From Phoronis australis (taxonomy: Eukaryota > Animalia > Phoronida), in assembly GCA_002633005.1 (NCBI GenBank), contig NMRA01000074.1, positions 206,187-270,186 of the forward strand: a stretch of DNA of 64,000 nucleotides, written 5' to 3'. Shown piece after piece: positions 39,501 to 49,200 of this stretch (the first letter of the stretch is position 1; the number at the start of each line of letters is the position of its first letter). Both the position numbers and the translations under genes were made by a program. The notes below the pieces were generated by a model. That model made no database searches and was not told where the DNA came from. It worked only from the letters and a program-made list of their open reading frames with translations.

Positions 39501-41154
39501 GGCATCATCTGCGGCANTAGTTCCCGAAGAGTAATGTCTTCGATGACAGGTACATGTATGTAGAGCGCACTTCCTGGCCACGTGCTTTTAACACTGGTCA
39601 AGTTTTATTAGTCTTCGATTCGCGGTTTTCACGTGTACGAAGAAATTTGGATTCCTGTTGAGGAAGATCTGTACGGGAAAGATACATTCCAATCCCTTTG
39701 ACAAGTTTGCTGCGTCTGTTCTGAAAGGCCAGACCATAATGGGACACGTTCCTCCCAAGATCAGCAAAACTTTTGCGTTCTGTTTGAAGCACGGTGAAAG
39801 TTTGAAATGTATAGTCATGGCTAAATACCGATATAGCAGCGAGGCTCGGGGTCTACAAATTCTGCATACAATGATTTTTTCAGGCCTGTCTAATCTTATT
39901 GATAAATTGAAGATGTTACTGTAGAATTACAGAACTAGGTAAGGCATTTTGTGCATGTACATGTTCATGGTCTGGGTGCTTATTTTAGGGAAATCTGAAA
40001 ACACGTGGAGGTGCTTATAGGGTCATGGGTGCTTATTAGGGCGAATAAAGTATTGAAAATAAGCAATATTTATATATTTACGTGGATTGTGTGTTAGATT
40101 TATTTTAAGTATAAATTGTAAGTTAAAGGTTTATTTTGCTGCTGTTTAGTTGCCAATGTTGAATTCTTAACTGAAGCTCTTTGGGATTTAAATACGTTAC
40201 CAGGCTCATCATTGTTGCTGAATGAGCAGTGGCAACTCAAGTCAACAGCAAAGTATACATTCATCATTTTAGGTAAACCCCAATTAACTCTGAATCCTTT
40301 TCTTTAAGTAGCTGATGGTTTCCATATTTTTGTTGGAAACAGATGAAGCGGAACCCAATCATGGCAAGGAATGTTATGAAAACCATTTTTCTGAGAGTAA
40401 AAGGCCTAATTTGATTTTCGTAGTTTAGCCAGTGACTAAACAAGGCAAAATTTAGCTTTAAACTGTAAATAAAGTATAACACTGATTGATTCTTTGATGT
40501 CACGAATAAGTGATTGTTTGATTTTGGGCAATTAAATGTTTCTGGTTAAGTGCTCGTCTGTTGTTGGTTATAACATCTATTTTGTCATTTGTCAGTCGCT
40601 GACAGCTTGCTTACAACAGTGCTGTTAGTTAAAGTACTCGTCTCACAACTTTCCAGGCAGCTGGTCTGTTTGGTGAATATCATCCACAGTGTGGCGCCAT
40701 GGGTTCTGTGTTTGGCCTTCTGGGCGTTCAGAGTGTAGAGCTAATGCAGTCATGGAAGATTATCGCCAAGCCATGGAGGGAACTTGCTAAACTGGCTGGC
40801 ATCATTGCCATATTGTTGATGGCTGGCACATACTCCTTCATCGATAACATTGGCAACGTTTTAGGTTACATATTTGGCATCATCTGCGGCATTCTCTTCC
40901 TTCCATTCATTACGTTTGGAAAATGGGATGCCCACCGGAAACGTTTGCTGATTCTTATCACGTGGCCAATAGCATTGATTGCAGTCTTCGTTCTGCACTA
41001 CTCATTCTATTGGGTCCAGCATATGGGCTGCGATGGATGCCGGTATTTCAGCTGTATTCCATTTACGGAGCACACGTGCCAGTCATATACAAAAGAATAT
41101 TTACTTCAGGATGACCTACTTTCGACCTTCAGAAAACTGAATGCTTCTAATTGA
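3288..41154 (+). CDS. RHBDF: Inactive rhomboid (iRhom/RHBDF-like) gene, multi-exon, ~960-980 aa
   Basis: Phase-consistent exons: 3288-3497, 5473-5598, 7396-7577/7595, 12479-12552, 14028-14230, 16745-16966, 22045-22245, (23297-23350), 25248-25355, 27735-27843, 28120-28286, 30115-30283, 32705-32860, 33688-33866, 35960-36130, 37171-37257, 40657-41154. iRhom-like motifs: RKQLEDLNVFRPWF, NVWIGPP..LIGMGA..CMR, TGCC, KPCC...C..LNGKWH...CS, NQWFR..SLLLHFGIIH, IEKLAGWLRI, VELMQSW..IAKPWR, FIDN, LPFITFGKWD..RKR, C..C.YFSCIPFT. N-terminal exons are less certain than the C-terminal ones. Confidence 0.92.
4015..4935. mobile_element. Possible Kolobok-type non-autonomous element
   Basis: TTAA-GGAG...tacac on the left and gtgtacac..CTCC-TTAA on the right; TIR is imperfect. 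Confidence 0.35.
5473..5598 (+). CDS. RHBDF: iRhom exon (SKMKLARK...AVGEFLGINETEEHMRLWKDR...AK)
   Basis: tttcag acceptor, AG|GTAATT donor, phase 0/0; resembles the iRhom N-terminal 'FG....W..R' block. Confidence 0.8.
6429..6507. repeat. Imperfect (CA)n microsatellite
   Basis: Directly visible. Confidence 0.95.
6760..7302 (-). mobile_element. Degenerate L1/Tx1-type non-LTR retrotransposon ORF2 (RT C-terminal) fragment
   Basis: Minus strand reads DGSDKSLKKALDVLHQFSKYSGIKPNNEKSE*IW ... LGIKFSVNLDKMICLNLNEKLIDIQNILRSWSIRYLS, the pattern seen after the RT YADD motif, with stops and frameshifts; boundaries approximate. Confidence 0.75.
7396..7595 (+). CDS. RHBDF: iRhom exon (TDHIGIH...QQQERYDAKD); donor at 7578 or 7596
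   Basis: Polypyrimidine tract plus cag acceptor, open coding-like frame; both candidate donors are phase 2 and fit the next exon. Confidence 0.7.
7761..9423. mobile_element. Non-autonomous TIR DNA transposon (~1.66 kb)
   Basis: Left end ccatagacccaatttacgcggcag vs reverse complement of right end ccacagacccaattcacgccgacag; no transposase ORF. Confidence 0.7.
8695..9045. mobile_element. Nested MITE with hAT-like CAGGG ends
   Basis: caggggcctca ... tgagggccctg; TSD only partly matching. Confidence 0.5.
9684..9812. repeat. Foldback hairpin, probably part of a transposon
   Basis: atagattattacatg / catgtaataatctat outer arms; perfect 20-bp central stem at 9725-44/9752-71 with a 7-nt loop. Confidence 0.85.
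10425..10500 (+). repeat. tRNA-derived (SINE-head-like) sequence
   Basis: A-box-like tggtgtagtgg and B-box ggttcgaaacc (10478-88) at tRNA-like spacing; no complete cloverleaf. Confidence 0.5.
12479..12552 (+). CDS. RHBDF: iRhom exon (SENEKRKRTRQLSRALIHDMTADV)
   Basis: ttccag acceptor, G|GTAGGT donor; phase 2 in and phase 1 out bridges the flanking exons. Confidence 0.65.
13354..13476. repeat. 40-bp tandem repeat x3
   Basis: aaaagattcttccaagtacacgtacattaaagtaaatggc. Confidence 0.93.
14028..14230 (+). CDS. RHBDF: iRhom exon (RPIHLES...KFIGSVK)
   Basis: cctccag acceptor, AG|GTAAAA donor, phase 1/0. Confidence 0.7.
16745..16966 (+). CDS. RHBDF: iRhom exon (AGEVRTP...NTCAK)
   Basis: ttcttccag acceptor, AG|GTAGGG donor, phase 0/0. 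Confidence 0.75.
19707..20081 (+). repeat. Interspersed repeat; inverted copy at 49537-49888
   Basis: Shared blocks such as tatttatccaccttggctg, gcgaggataattggcttcgctcatgcggatat, gtacaactttgaatttttcaaatcg. Confidence 0.85.
20141..20582. other. Assembly gap (442 N)
   Basis: Run of N. Confidence 1.
22045..22245 (+). CDS. RHBDF: iRhom exon (VTSPTVP...HHRQSSFE...DKDEE)
   Basis: cctttag acceptor, GTGAGG donor, phase 0/0. Confidence 0.75.
23297..23350 (+). CDS. RHBDF: Candidate 54-nt iRhom exon, possibly a cassette (PSFMETALTGEETDLQLQ)
   Basis: Long U-rich tract plus tacag acceptor, GTATGA donor, symmetric phase 0/0. Confidence 0.45.
25248..25355 (+). CDS. RHBDF: iRhom exon (NEELAKK...YREFIE) with GC donor
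   Basis: tttttag acceptor; no GT in phase 0 before the in-frame stop; AG|GCAAGC at 25356 matches the GC-AG donor consensus. Confidence 0.65.
27735..27843 (+). CDS. RHBDF: iRhom exon (MEENEKRE...LEIGR)
   Basis: ttgtag acceptor, AG|GTAACT donor, phase 0/1. Confidence 0.75.
28120..28286 (+). CDS. RHBDF: iRhom exon: His-rich stretch and start of TM1 (RKQLEDLNVFRPWFIGIITV)
   Basis: ttttcag acceptor, GTAAGT donor; resembles iRhom 'RQLE...HRPYFTYW'. Confidence 0.88.
28792..29105. mobile_element. MITE with 18-bp perfect TIR and 5-bp TSD
   Basis: CAAGGTACCTAAACTACA at both ends, extending imperfectly to ~45 bp; flanked by TTAAT on both sides. Confidence 0.88.
29496..29758. repeat. 31-bp minisatellite, ~8.5 copies
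   Basis: Unit gtgcgtttgcaaattgtgagccaagtgtatt; copies nearly identical. Confidence 0.95.
30115..30283 (+). CDS. RHBDF: iRhom exon: TM1 end and start of iRhom homology domain (NVWIGPPMEALI)
   Basis: acag acceptor (a second cag lies 6 nt downstream), AG|GTACAG donor. Confidence 0.9.
31600..32484. mobile_element. Non-coding element of three interlocking inverted repeats (DIRS-like architecture)
   Basis: A 31600-31674 = rc of 31829-31903; B 31679-31787 = rc of 32272-32380; C 32122-32221 = rc of 32385-32484. The repeats are directly visible; the mobile-element interpretation is inferred. Confidence 0.55.
32705..32860 (+). CDS. RHBDF: iRhom exon, IRHD (GMGAVYGLCMR...TGCC...EEC)
   Basis: Canonical splice sites, phase 1/1; IRHD cysteines. 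Confidence 0.9.
33688..33866 (+). CDS. RHBDF: iRhom exon, IRHD (GIGEW...KPCCYITNNLCRLTSKTHCDYLNGKWHKDADHCSE)
   Basis: Not in the ORF track, translated by hand; matches iRhom 'RPCC....C.....C....G.FH....CSQ'. Confidence 0.92.
35960..36130 (+). CDS. RHBDF: iRhom exon (INCLKDIC...NQWFRFPFSLLLHFGIIH...Q)
   Basis: Canonical splice sites; rhomboid WR-like and H..G..H motifs. Confidence 0.92.
37171..37257 (+). CDS. RHBDF: iRhom exon (VLVGAQIEKLAGWLRIGLIYIISGLMALV)
   Basis: ttttag acceptor, GTGAGT donor; EKLAGW.RI motif. Confidence 0.92.
37629..37826 (+). repeat. Transposon end fragment (TTAAGG start, Kolobok-like); copy at 48628-48822
   Basis: ~200 bp shared: gttgaaacccggt, atcaaatttacactctgtgacgta, gttaaattacgatcatttttca, gaaatcccagggc.aaaacttgccga. 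Confidence 0.8.
38233..38545 (+). pseudogene. Frameshifted HIRAN-domain ORF (second copy at 39612-39924)
   Basis: SSIRGFHVYEEIWIPVEG in one frame, then ..SNPFDKFAASVLKGQTIMGHVPPKISKTFAFFLKHG..CIV..RGLQI..IFSG..IDKLK in another. Confidence 0.65.
39282..39516 (+). other. Truncated duplicate of the iRhom terminal exon, ending at a scaffold N (probably the alternate haplotype)
   Basis: Appears identical to 40657-40891 and is cut at the N at 39517. Confidence 0.85.
40657..41154 (+). CDS. RHBDF: iRhom terminal exon (rhomboid TM4-TM7 and Cys-rich C-terminus)
   Basis: ttccag acceptor, open to TGA at 41152-54; motifs match the iRhom C-terminus. Confidence 0.93.
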   Translation, partial: AAGLFGEYHPQCGAMGSVFGLLGVQSVELMQSWKIIAKPWRELAKLAGIIAILLMAGTYSFIDNIGNVLGYIFGIICGILFLPFITFGKWDAHRKRLLILITWPIALIAVFVLHYSFYWVQHMGCDGCRYFSCIPFTEHTCQSYTKEYLLQDDLLSTFRKLNASN

Positions 41155-43056
41155 CTTGAAGCTAACTTGACAATGACATCAACAGCATTTTGACCGTTTC
41201 TTTTTGAAGAGTTGTCGATGCACAAAATTATTCTCTTGAATTGTCATTGAACAAAAATAAGCGCTAAAACTCACGTACCAAGTTGGATCCAATCAAACTT
41301 TACTAATGGGTGTATCCAATTTATGGAAGTTTTGTGTATTAAGTGTACAAGTCAAGCAACATGGTTTTGTTGGCTGAGTTCAGTTTGTCCGACATTCAGA
41401 TTTGGCAATAAGTATTTGGGTTGTGTAAAAGCACATTTTTAGTTCTCTCTTGAAGTGTTGGTATGTTTTCAATTGAATATTTTACTGAACTGTTTATTGC
41501 GTGGTTTGTTACAGAACCGTATTGTCTTGTATTTTTACACAATTTGTTGGAGAACTGATGGTTGAAAAAGCAGTTTGTTATTCCATAATTTTCTGGAGCT
41601 TATTGGTTCACATGTTTTGCATTGCATTAATGGTTAGTAATACTTGTGAATTATTATTAATTATACATTTTCAGCATTTATCAAACTGTTCATTACATTT
41701 CATTGATTTTTACAATAAATTAAAATATTTCTATGATGGCATTGCCTGATTTCACTTCTTTTATTATATAGTTGAATGTTTGAAGTACAATCTTATGAAT
41801 CACTATTTTGCAATAAAGAAATGCCAAAATTGTAAAATATTTTTCTAATTTTTCGAAGACTAATTACTATGCTACAAGTGATAAAGACTCCATTTTAACA
41901 AAAGTGCATGTAGTTTAATCGTAGTTATTGTTCTTTCAAACGTAACTACATATATTTTAGAGTAAAATTTTCCTGTGACACAAATGAGACCAAAGTGTGT
42001 GTCATTCAAACAATACCTACCTTCATTATCAATTATTGTATGCATTGTTTGACGGTAAAATGCAAGATATGAATGACCAAATGACCAGCTTTACAACCTC
42101 GGATAACACAGACTTCTAGTGTTTTATGACATTGTACATTACAAAACAAGGTTACTAATTACGATGACGTGGAATTCTATTTCTACGAGTATTCTTATTG
42201 AAAATTTTGAAAATGAATAACTTCTTTCCATCCATATTATGTGCTAGTAAGCAATGATTAACCGGCAGTACTTCAAATATTTAACACACAACATGTCGTA
42301 CAAGTGGCTTTCAATTTTGTCAACATTAGCAACAAAAATAAATATTAAGACAAATTCCGTCTACCTGATGTTGGCTTGGTTTGATGTCATAAAACAATGT
42401 CTGGTAAAGTTCAATATTTGCAGCATAGTAATCAGCCTCAGAAAAATGGAGAGTTTGGCAATTATTTCTGACATGCCAAATTACTGTGCCCTACGTTGTG
42501 CATAAAATTACTACATATTCATAAACCTATCAAAAATGTCTGGTTAACTTTCCAATGTTTGCAGCGAAGTTCAACGTTTAAAAAATAAAAGTTTGGAATA
42601 ATCATAAGACTTATCAAAAAACAAACTAGAGATTTCCAAAAGCATGTTACCACTGACAAAATAGAATAAGAATGAGACTGTCAAAATCTGACACTAGTAA
42701 CAAACAGTAAATAGAATTTACAATAAAAATAAATCTTTGATAAACTTAATAAATTTACAAAAAGTAACCTGTCGTACATAGAAATGCTCAAATTATTGCA
42801 AGTATATGAAACAAATTATCACGGCAATCATAAACTATGTGAAAATACTTCATTCTTAGTTTCTAGCTGGACCTTTGAACAACAATTCATAAAAAACTGA
42901 CACAACAAGTGTGAACAAATTTGCAAATAAAATAAACCCTGAACAGCGTCAGTGTTTTCAACAAGCTGAAAGTTAACATATTGGAAAAAGATATTCTATC
43001 ACTCCAACTGTCCTACTTATCATACAGGATTCAGGTAGCCTACACATACTACACAA

Positions 43057-43269
43057 TCATGACAAAATGTACATTTTAGGGTCACTTGAACTGACAACTG
43101 CTTGAATGATCATGCCATTGTCTTGCTGCGCAGTGTGTAGTTTTAGTACCTGGCTGTGAGCGTAGATTCTTTTTAATTGCATACCTGATTGAACATCCCA
43201 TGTGTAAATCATACTGTCCGAACCAGTCACAATTTGACAACCATCTGAATTGAACGCAACTGCATTTAC
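43057..43269 (-). CDS. NWD1/NWD2: NWD terminal exon (VNAVAFNSDGCQIVTGSDSMIYTWDVQSG...YILS*)
   Basis: Canonical WD40 repeat; TGA at 43059-57; different frame from the ORF-track entry. Confidence 0.88.
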   Translation of the reverse strand, partial: VNAVAFNSDGCQIVTGSDSMIYTWDVQSGMQLKRIYAHSQVLKLHTAQQDNGMIIQAVVSSSDPKMYILS

Positions 43270-46200
43270 CTGGAAATAAGGTACAATTCATTCATTGATA
43301 CGTAAGACACACTCAAATATTGCCAAATAAGATGGAAATGCATGCTGTAGTGAGGAATTAAAGGATAACAATTGTATGCCCTCCCACCAGGGACCAGTTG
43401 TGTAACACCTAGTCTAGGTTGCATGTTCTCAGTAACAGTGCAATTGATTGTAAACAATGTCATCTGGGTCATGTTTTATCAAAAGCTGAAATTCCGTTTT
43501 AAAATAGCTGCAGTTAATTAATGTGGCTCACGAAGGAGACCGTTAAATCTGGATAAGAAAATTGCAATGTTTTTAATCTTCTAAACCGGACTTGTGACCG
43601 TTGATAAAACAAGCCAGAAGACTACGGTAAATGACGGACCAAGGTACCTTCACCGTATTCTACATTTTCTACTGGTAAATATAAGTTCAAAGATGTACTA
43701 GGTTTTCGGCCAAATTAGCAATAGAACACTGAGAATGATTGCTGATTATGTATCGTATTTATATAATATGATGGTATTTGTATTTCCTTGATGATGATGA
43801 TGATGGATTGATTAACCATCGAAACAATGGAGATTGCAATAACAGTCTCTGTAAACAACTCACCAAACTGTCGACCTTTATTTTTTTCACAACATCCCCC
43901 GACTGTGCATTCCATACAGTGACATGACAACTGTTGTCGCTGGTTACAACAAGATCTCCATCACCTGAAACTGCAGAGATGGTAAGCAATAAGCAAATTC
44001 TATTATTCAATTTTACAAAATTTGTACAATAAAGCAGTTAAGAACTGACTGTGTTTTTCTTTATTAAATTACCAAACTATAGACTAATTTAGTGGGCCAC
44101 CTTTGGGTACAGCAAAAACAAACTGCATACATGTTGCTTTTTGGTTAGCGCACTGCATCCCCTAGTGAGCAGTCATGTGATGGATTCTGTCAAACTAGGT
44201 CTAAACAGGGTATTAAGCATGAACAATCAACCCAAATGATGATTGTTCACTAATCCTTTAAACTGTTTAACACAGTTTTGCTTACCTTGATACGATATGA
44301 TTCCACTATCACTACTTTCTGGCTGAACTTGACAAGTCTTAACCTTTTCCTGCAACACAATGAATGCTTTTTATTGGTTACCAAAACCATTCTTCTTATA
44401 ATTAGCAGCAGTGCATGGAAACAGTATCAGTGGTGATGCAGTAGTGCTAAACATTTATTCACGATGTGCTGAAAAACCTTCAGTGATTACAGCACTGATT
44501 GTCCATGCAAACACACGATAGTTCGCTAATATTGAATCAAAATATTCTTTTGAAAATAATTGACAAGAAAGACAAACAACAAAACATGAGAAAATCTTGC
44601 TGGCAATTAATAACATGGAGCATGTGAAACTACTCGGCTTTGAACTGGTTCAACGAATTACGAAGTTTATTTTGAAAATTACGGTACACATTCTCCAGTT
44701 TGAACAGTCTCTAAAATATGGGACAAAGAAATTTAAGCGATTCTGAGGATTGGGACATGGTTAATTTAGCATTCAATGTTTCTCAAATATCAGACACCAC
44801 CTTTTGTATCAACAAAGTCTGAGGTAAAATTGTCTTCGTAATATTTTGCTACCTTGCCTTTGCTGTTGTTTGATTTAAAGGATGCCTAGTCTGTTAACCG
44901 GAACGGATATTCAACTCCAAAGCAGTGTTGTAAGTACCCAAGTCTGTAACTCTGCTAGCACATAAAGGCTTCATAGAAATTGTCCTTTCAGGTATGTACC
45001 GGAGCTAAGCCAATGAGAACAATACAATACCTGGCTTGTGATATTCCAAAAATGCAGTGAGGTTTGCGACACAGTCACCATTTGTCCACCAGATATCAAC
45101 TTGGCAGGTTGTGGATGGTAGAAGTCGTCAATAATCACGGGTTTGTTGCACAAAGCAGTCATTGAATTGCCAATCAGTTGGAAGGTGTAGAAAAATGGTG
45201 GTGGATGGCCGAAGGTGTCCCGACACTGAACCACAAAATGCCAAACACTCTCAGAAGAGGACTCCACACCAATAGCATTAATCTGAAAAGGAAAATCAAC
45301 TTATCAAAATTTGAAATTAAATCAACTGGTTCTGGCACATCTCAATCCTAAACGTCTCTATCAAAGTCCATAAAAAACCTGTCAAGTAATTTTGACAATA
45401 ATCACAGTATCTTTTCCATTGAAAACAGCCAATAAATGGTCGTATAGTACTGATGCTGCCACATACCTTTGATCCAAGTTTCATCAAAATCATGTCGAGC
45501 TGTTCTGATAATAGTCAACGGAAACACAATATCTTGTAAAGAACCTATAGCCAACAGATCTTGCTATTATAATAACCAAATGTATCAAAAAAATAACCTG
45601 GGTTCCTGCACATACTTAATATACAATCAATTTCCATCAAAAACTAGTTAAAGCTCTTTTGACAATTAACAGACAGAAAATCTAGCTGAAACCCAAATAC
45701 ATTCATTTGTCAACAGGTTGTGCTGCAGCAGTCAAATCTGTGAAAATGGACAAGTGTCGGCATATCCCCAACATGTGTCTCTATCAAGTTTCGTCAATAT
45801 CTGTCGAGCCATTTTTATAACAATTGACAGACATTGTCCAAAATTAACTGGTGCTAGTGATTCCCAGACTCAAACGCGTGAAATTAGCTCATAAAACCGC
45901 TATGACAAAAATCGATGGAGAAGAAAAATCTTATTGAAAACAAAAATGCCAATATACTTAGGGGCTGCAAGGGCAATTGATTCCATCCAAAAGTGACTGG
46001 TGCCAGTGCACTTCCGCCACATACCTGTGCATCAAATTTTGAAAAAATTCCTCAAGTTCCTTCCAAAACTTGAAAATTTTATTGTAATGGCCAAAACAAA
46101 ATGCCACAGTTGTAGAACCATTCTGAAAATTTACTAAGTGCTGGTGCATTCCCATCACATACCTGTTTTGGTAAACTTGAGTTGCCAAAAACTGATGGAC

Positions 46201-49200
46201 AATGAATTTCTTAGTGCCAAATTTCATAATGTTATGTCAAGCAGTCTTTAGATAATCAACAGACAAGGAATGAAAACGACGGACAGACACTAGGATGCTG
46301 ATCATGTTGGCAGATTAAACAAATAGCTTATTTAACAAGATTATACGGTATGAGAAAAGTTAACGTACCTTCAAAGTGTCTGACCAATGCTCCTCCAGAT
46401 TTAGACTACCATGTCCAATTTTTCTGTCTTCATTAATGTTGTACATTTCTACAGCAATACCTAAAATACATCAAATAGCATTGCATTGGCATTGATCAGA
46501 CCCACATTTAGAACCTGCGACTGTTCCCTATTCTTTGTAAACTGTTGAGCACGCAATAAAGAACAAAACTGAGTTACTAAGGGTGAAACAAAATAAAATT
46601 TATGAAAATGCTCAAGAAAGTAACACGTGGTGATGATGATGACGGTGATGATGAATAAAGATGACTTGACGATGATTACATTGGCAACGATGGCGGCGAT
46701 GGCGATGATGATGGCAAAAATGATTAAGAAAGATAGCCTAGCACAGCAGATGATAAACCAACAAAAGCACTACAGAAGAAACAGTCCAGTGCAGTCATCA
46801 GAAATCTTTAAACATTTAAAAATCTATAAGTCGTGAAAAATGGAGGGCAAATCCCAAATAACACTTGATCAGAAGCCGGTTCTTCAGTAGACAAGTGTAC
46901 CATTTTCACCACATCTATCACCTTGCTCTGACTTCTGCACAGTCGCCAGCACATCTCCAGGTTTTGACAAGACACAGTCTACGCACTTGATCGAGCTCGA
47001 CCCGGCAATCTTCAACCAGTTCCACGTACCTACTTCCCACATCTGCAAAAAGTCAACACATGACATTGAGCATTTCAAGTCAGTAAGACCACTTGCACGT
47101 TTACAAACTTAGCAGAAGAGTGCGACAAATTGCTATCTTGCTGACGTAACGCAGTTATAGCCCTCAAATGGAAAACCAACGTTCTCCCACTACCCAGTAA
47201 GTAACAGGTTAGCATCATGACGCCAAAGGGAAGTGGGACAAAAATTCACCTTCAGAGTTGCTACTTATTCGGCAAAATATCTACTCAGTCTGATCAAAGT
47301 AATTGGCATTCCATACACATGTCCACCTAAGGTTTCATTCTACCATCTGATGATTATGATGGTGACCTGATTATGATGGTGACCCTGTCAGTTAAAATTG
47401 ACAAGAGCGCAGTATATTGAATGAAATCCAAGTGTGATTTTGGATATCTCTGGCCTACTGGGGGAACAAAATGGCCTGGAAGTAGAAAAATCGCCACAGT
47501 TCGGCATTTTCTTGCACTGTCATAGGTCGATACTCAACTAAAGAGGTGCCGACTGGGTTAAACAGAAGCCCAAGATCAATTCAATCTTACCATGACTTCA
47601 TGACTCTGTGCAGACATCACGTTTTCATCATCGTCCAGCTCTCCTTTAACCAATAACAACAGGCCACGCTGAACAGCCACAATTTTCATCCATGTAGCTC
47701 CCATCCCACTGAAACTGTGGGGAAGGTCCTTTACGTGTTTACCTGGTGAAGGAATAATTGAAACAGGAATGACTCAGTTACAATGATATCTTACAATTTC
47801 ACACAATCATTTCGACACATAGCTATTCTCCTGTTTAGTATGACACCATTTTGATGTTTTGGACCCTGTGAAACAAAATTAAAATGCCAATTAGACATAA
47901 AAATAATTAGGCCAGATTTAGGTAATGCTGTAAATTACTAAGCTCTTTGAAAATTATTACTTGGCCATGGACCTGATCAAATGCAACCCTTCTCAACTCC
48001 TCAGGAGCATACAATAGGTGCAACTGTTGTCAGTGCATGTATTGATTAATCCAAACACAAATCACATCATAGCAGATATCTCACAACTGACTAAGATGAA
48101 AGTAATAACTGAAAACTTCAAACATGTCCTGAACACATCCACTACCACAAGAAACTATAGGAACACTGCATTTATCCACCTTCACTCTTATCAGGCTTCT
48201 ATTGTGAGTCAGCAAGCGTGAATAATTGGCTGATAAGCCACCTATGGAACTACTTTTGGCTGAATGGATGACCAGGCCATAAAATGATTATTAGCAAAGA
48301 CCATGCAGTTAAATAATGCTGCATGGAATAGTTAATACCTTCATGGCAATTTTGAAAGAGTGGGCATCTTCTGCTAGTCTTTCTCCGAAAATGTTATGAA
48401 AAACTTGGTTTACGGACCTCTGATTTTCTGGATTATGCAAACATTAAAATTAAAATTTGCAAAGTTTTCATTTCCGCCATCATTATGCTATGGAAACAAG
48501 AAAAAAATGGCAACAATCCATACAAGCAACAAATAATATGTCGTAGCATCACCTAGCCTTGGTGGAAAGCTGTATACCGGGCGCTAAGAAAAATTCATTT
48601 CACGGGAAGGGGAGGCTCATTGTAGCCTAAGGCAGTTGAAACCCGGTTTCTGAAACAGGTAAAATCAGGAACTAGGATTTATCAAATTTACACTCTGTGA
48701 CGTATTTGTAGCCTATGACAGTCTTTCTACAAAACTGTGGTGCATTACTATGAAACTCCGTTGTTAAATTACGATCATTTTTCAAAAAATTTTGCTGAAA
48801 TCCCAGGGCGAAAACTTGCCGACTGATACGTCGCTGAATCGCGATCGTCGATAAGAAAACTTGAATTCTTGAACAAAAATACAGTTTCAACTCAACGTAT
48901 TACGTGAAATCCTCCTTATGTTTTACATTTTTTAAGTTCATGTGGAGTCCAGATTAATAGCAATTAAGTCCAAATCTGCGCTACATCGGACCCCGCAACA
49001 AGAGAAAAATCTCTGGATGAACACACATGTTGTTGTCACGCGACGTTTATTTTGAAGTTCGTCTGCGTATGAGAGTGAGTGAGCGAGTGCGTGCGGGTCA
49101 TCAACGACAGACTTTTGTTACAAAAGGCAGAGGGCTATGTCTATGCAAGAAAATGGCATTTATTAGATTGTTTTTCACTTAAACGGCTGCAACGTGCAAT

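Larger units (their letters stand above)
38139..40891 (+). repeat. 1.37-kb tandem near-identical duplication (38139-39516 / 39518-40891) across a single N
   Basis: About 20 substitutions or small indels by eye, all intronic; the junction is exactly the N at 39517. Confidence 0.95.

Noticed and set aside
39324-39563. Second iRhom paralogue or alternative last exon
   Set aside because: Identical to the real exon and truncated exactly at a scaffold N
46627-46836. Met-rich ORF
   Set aside because: Translation of an intronic (GAT)n repeat
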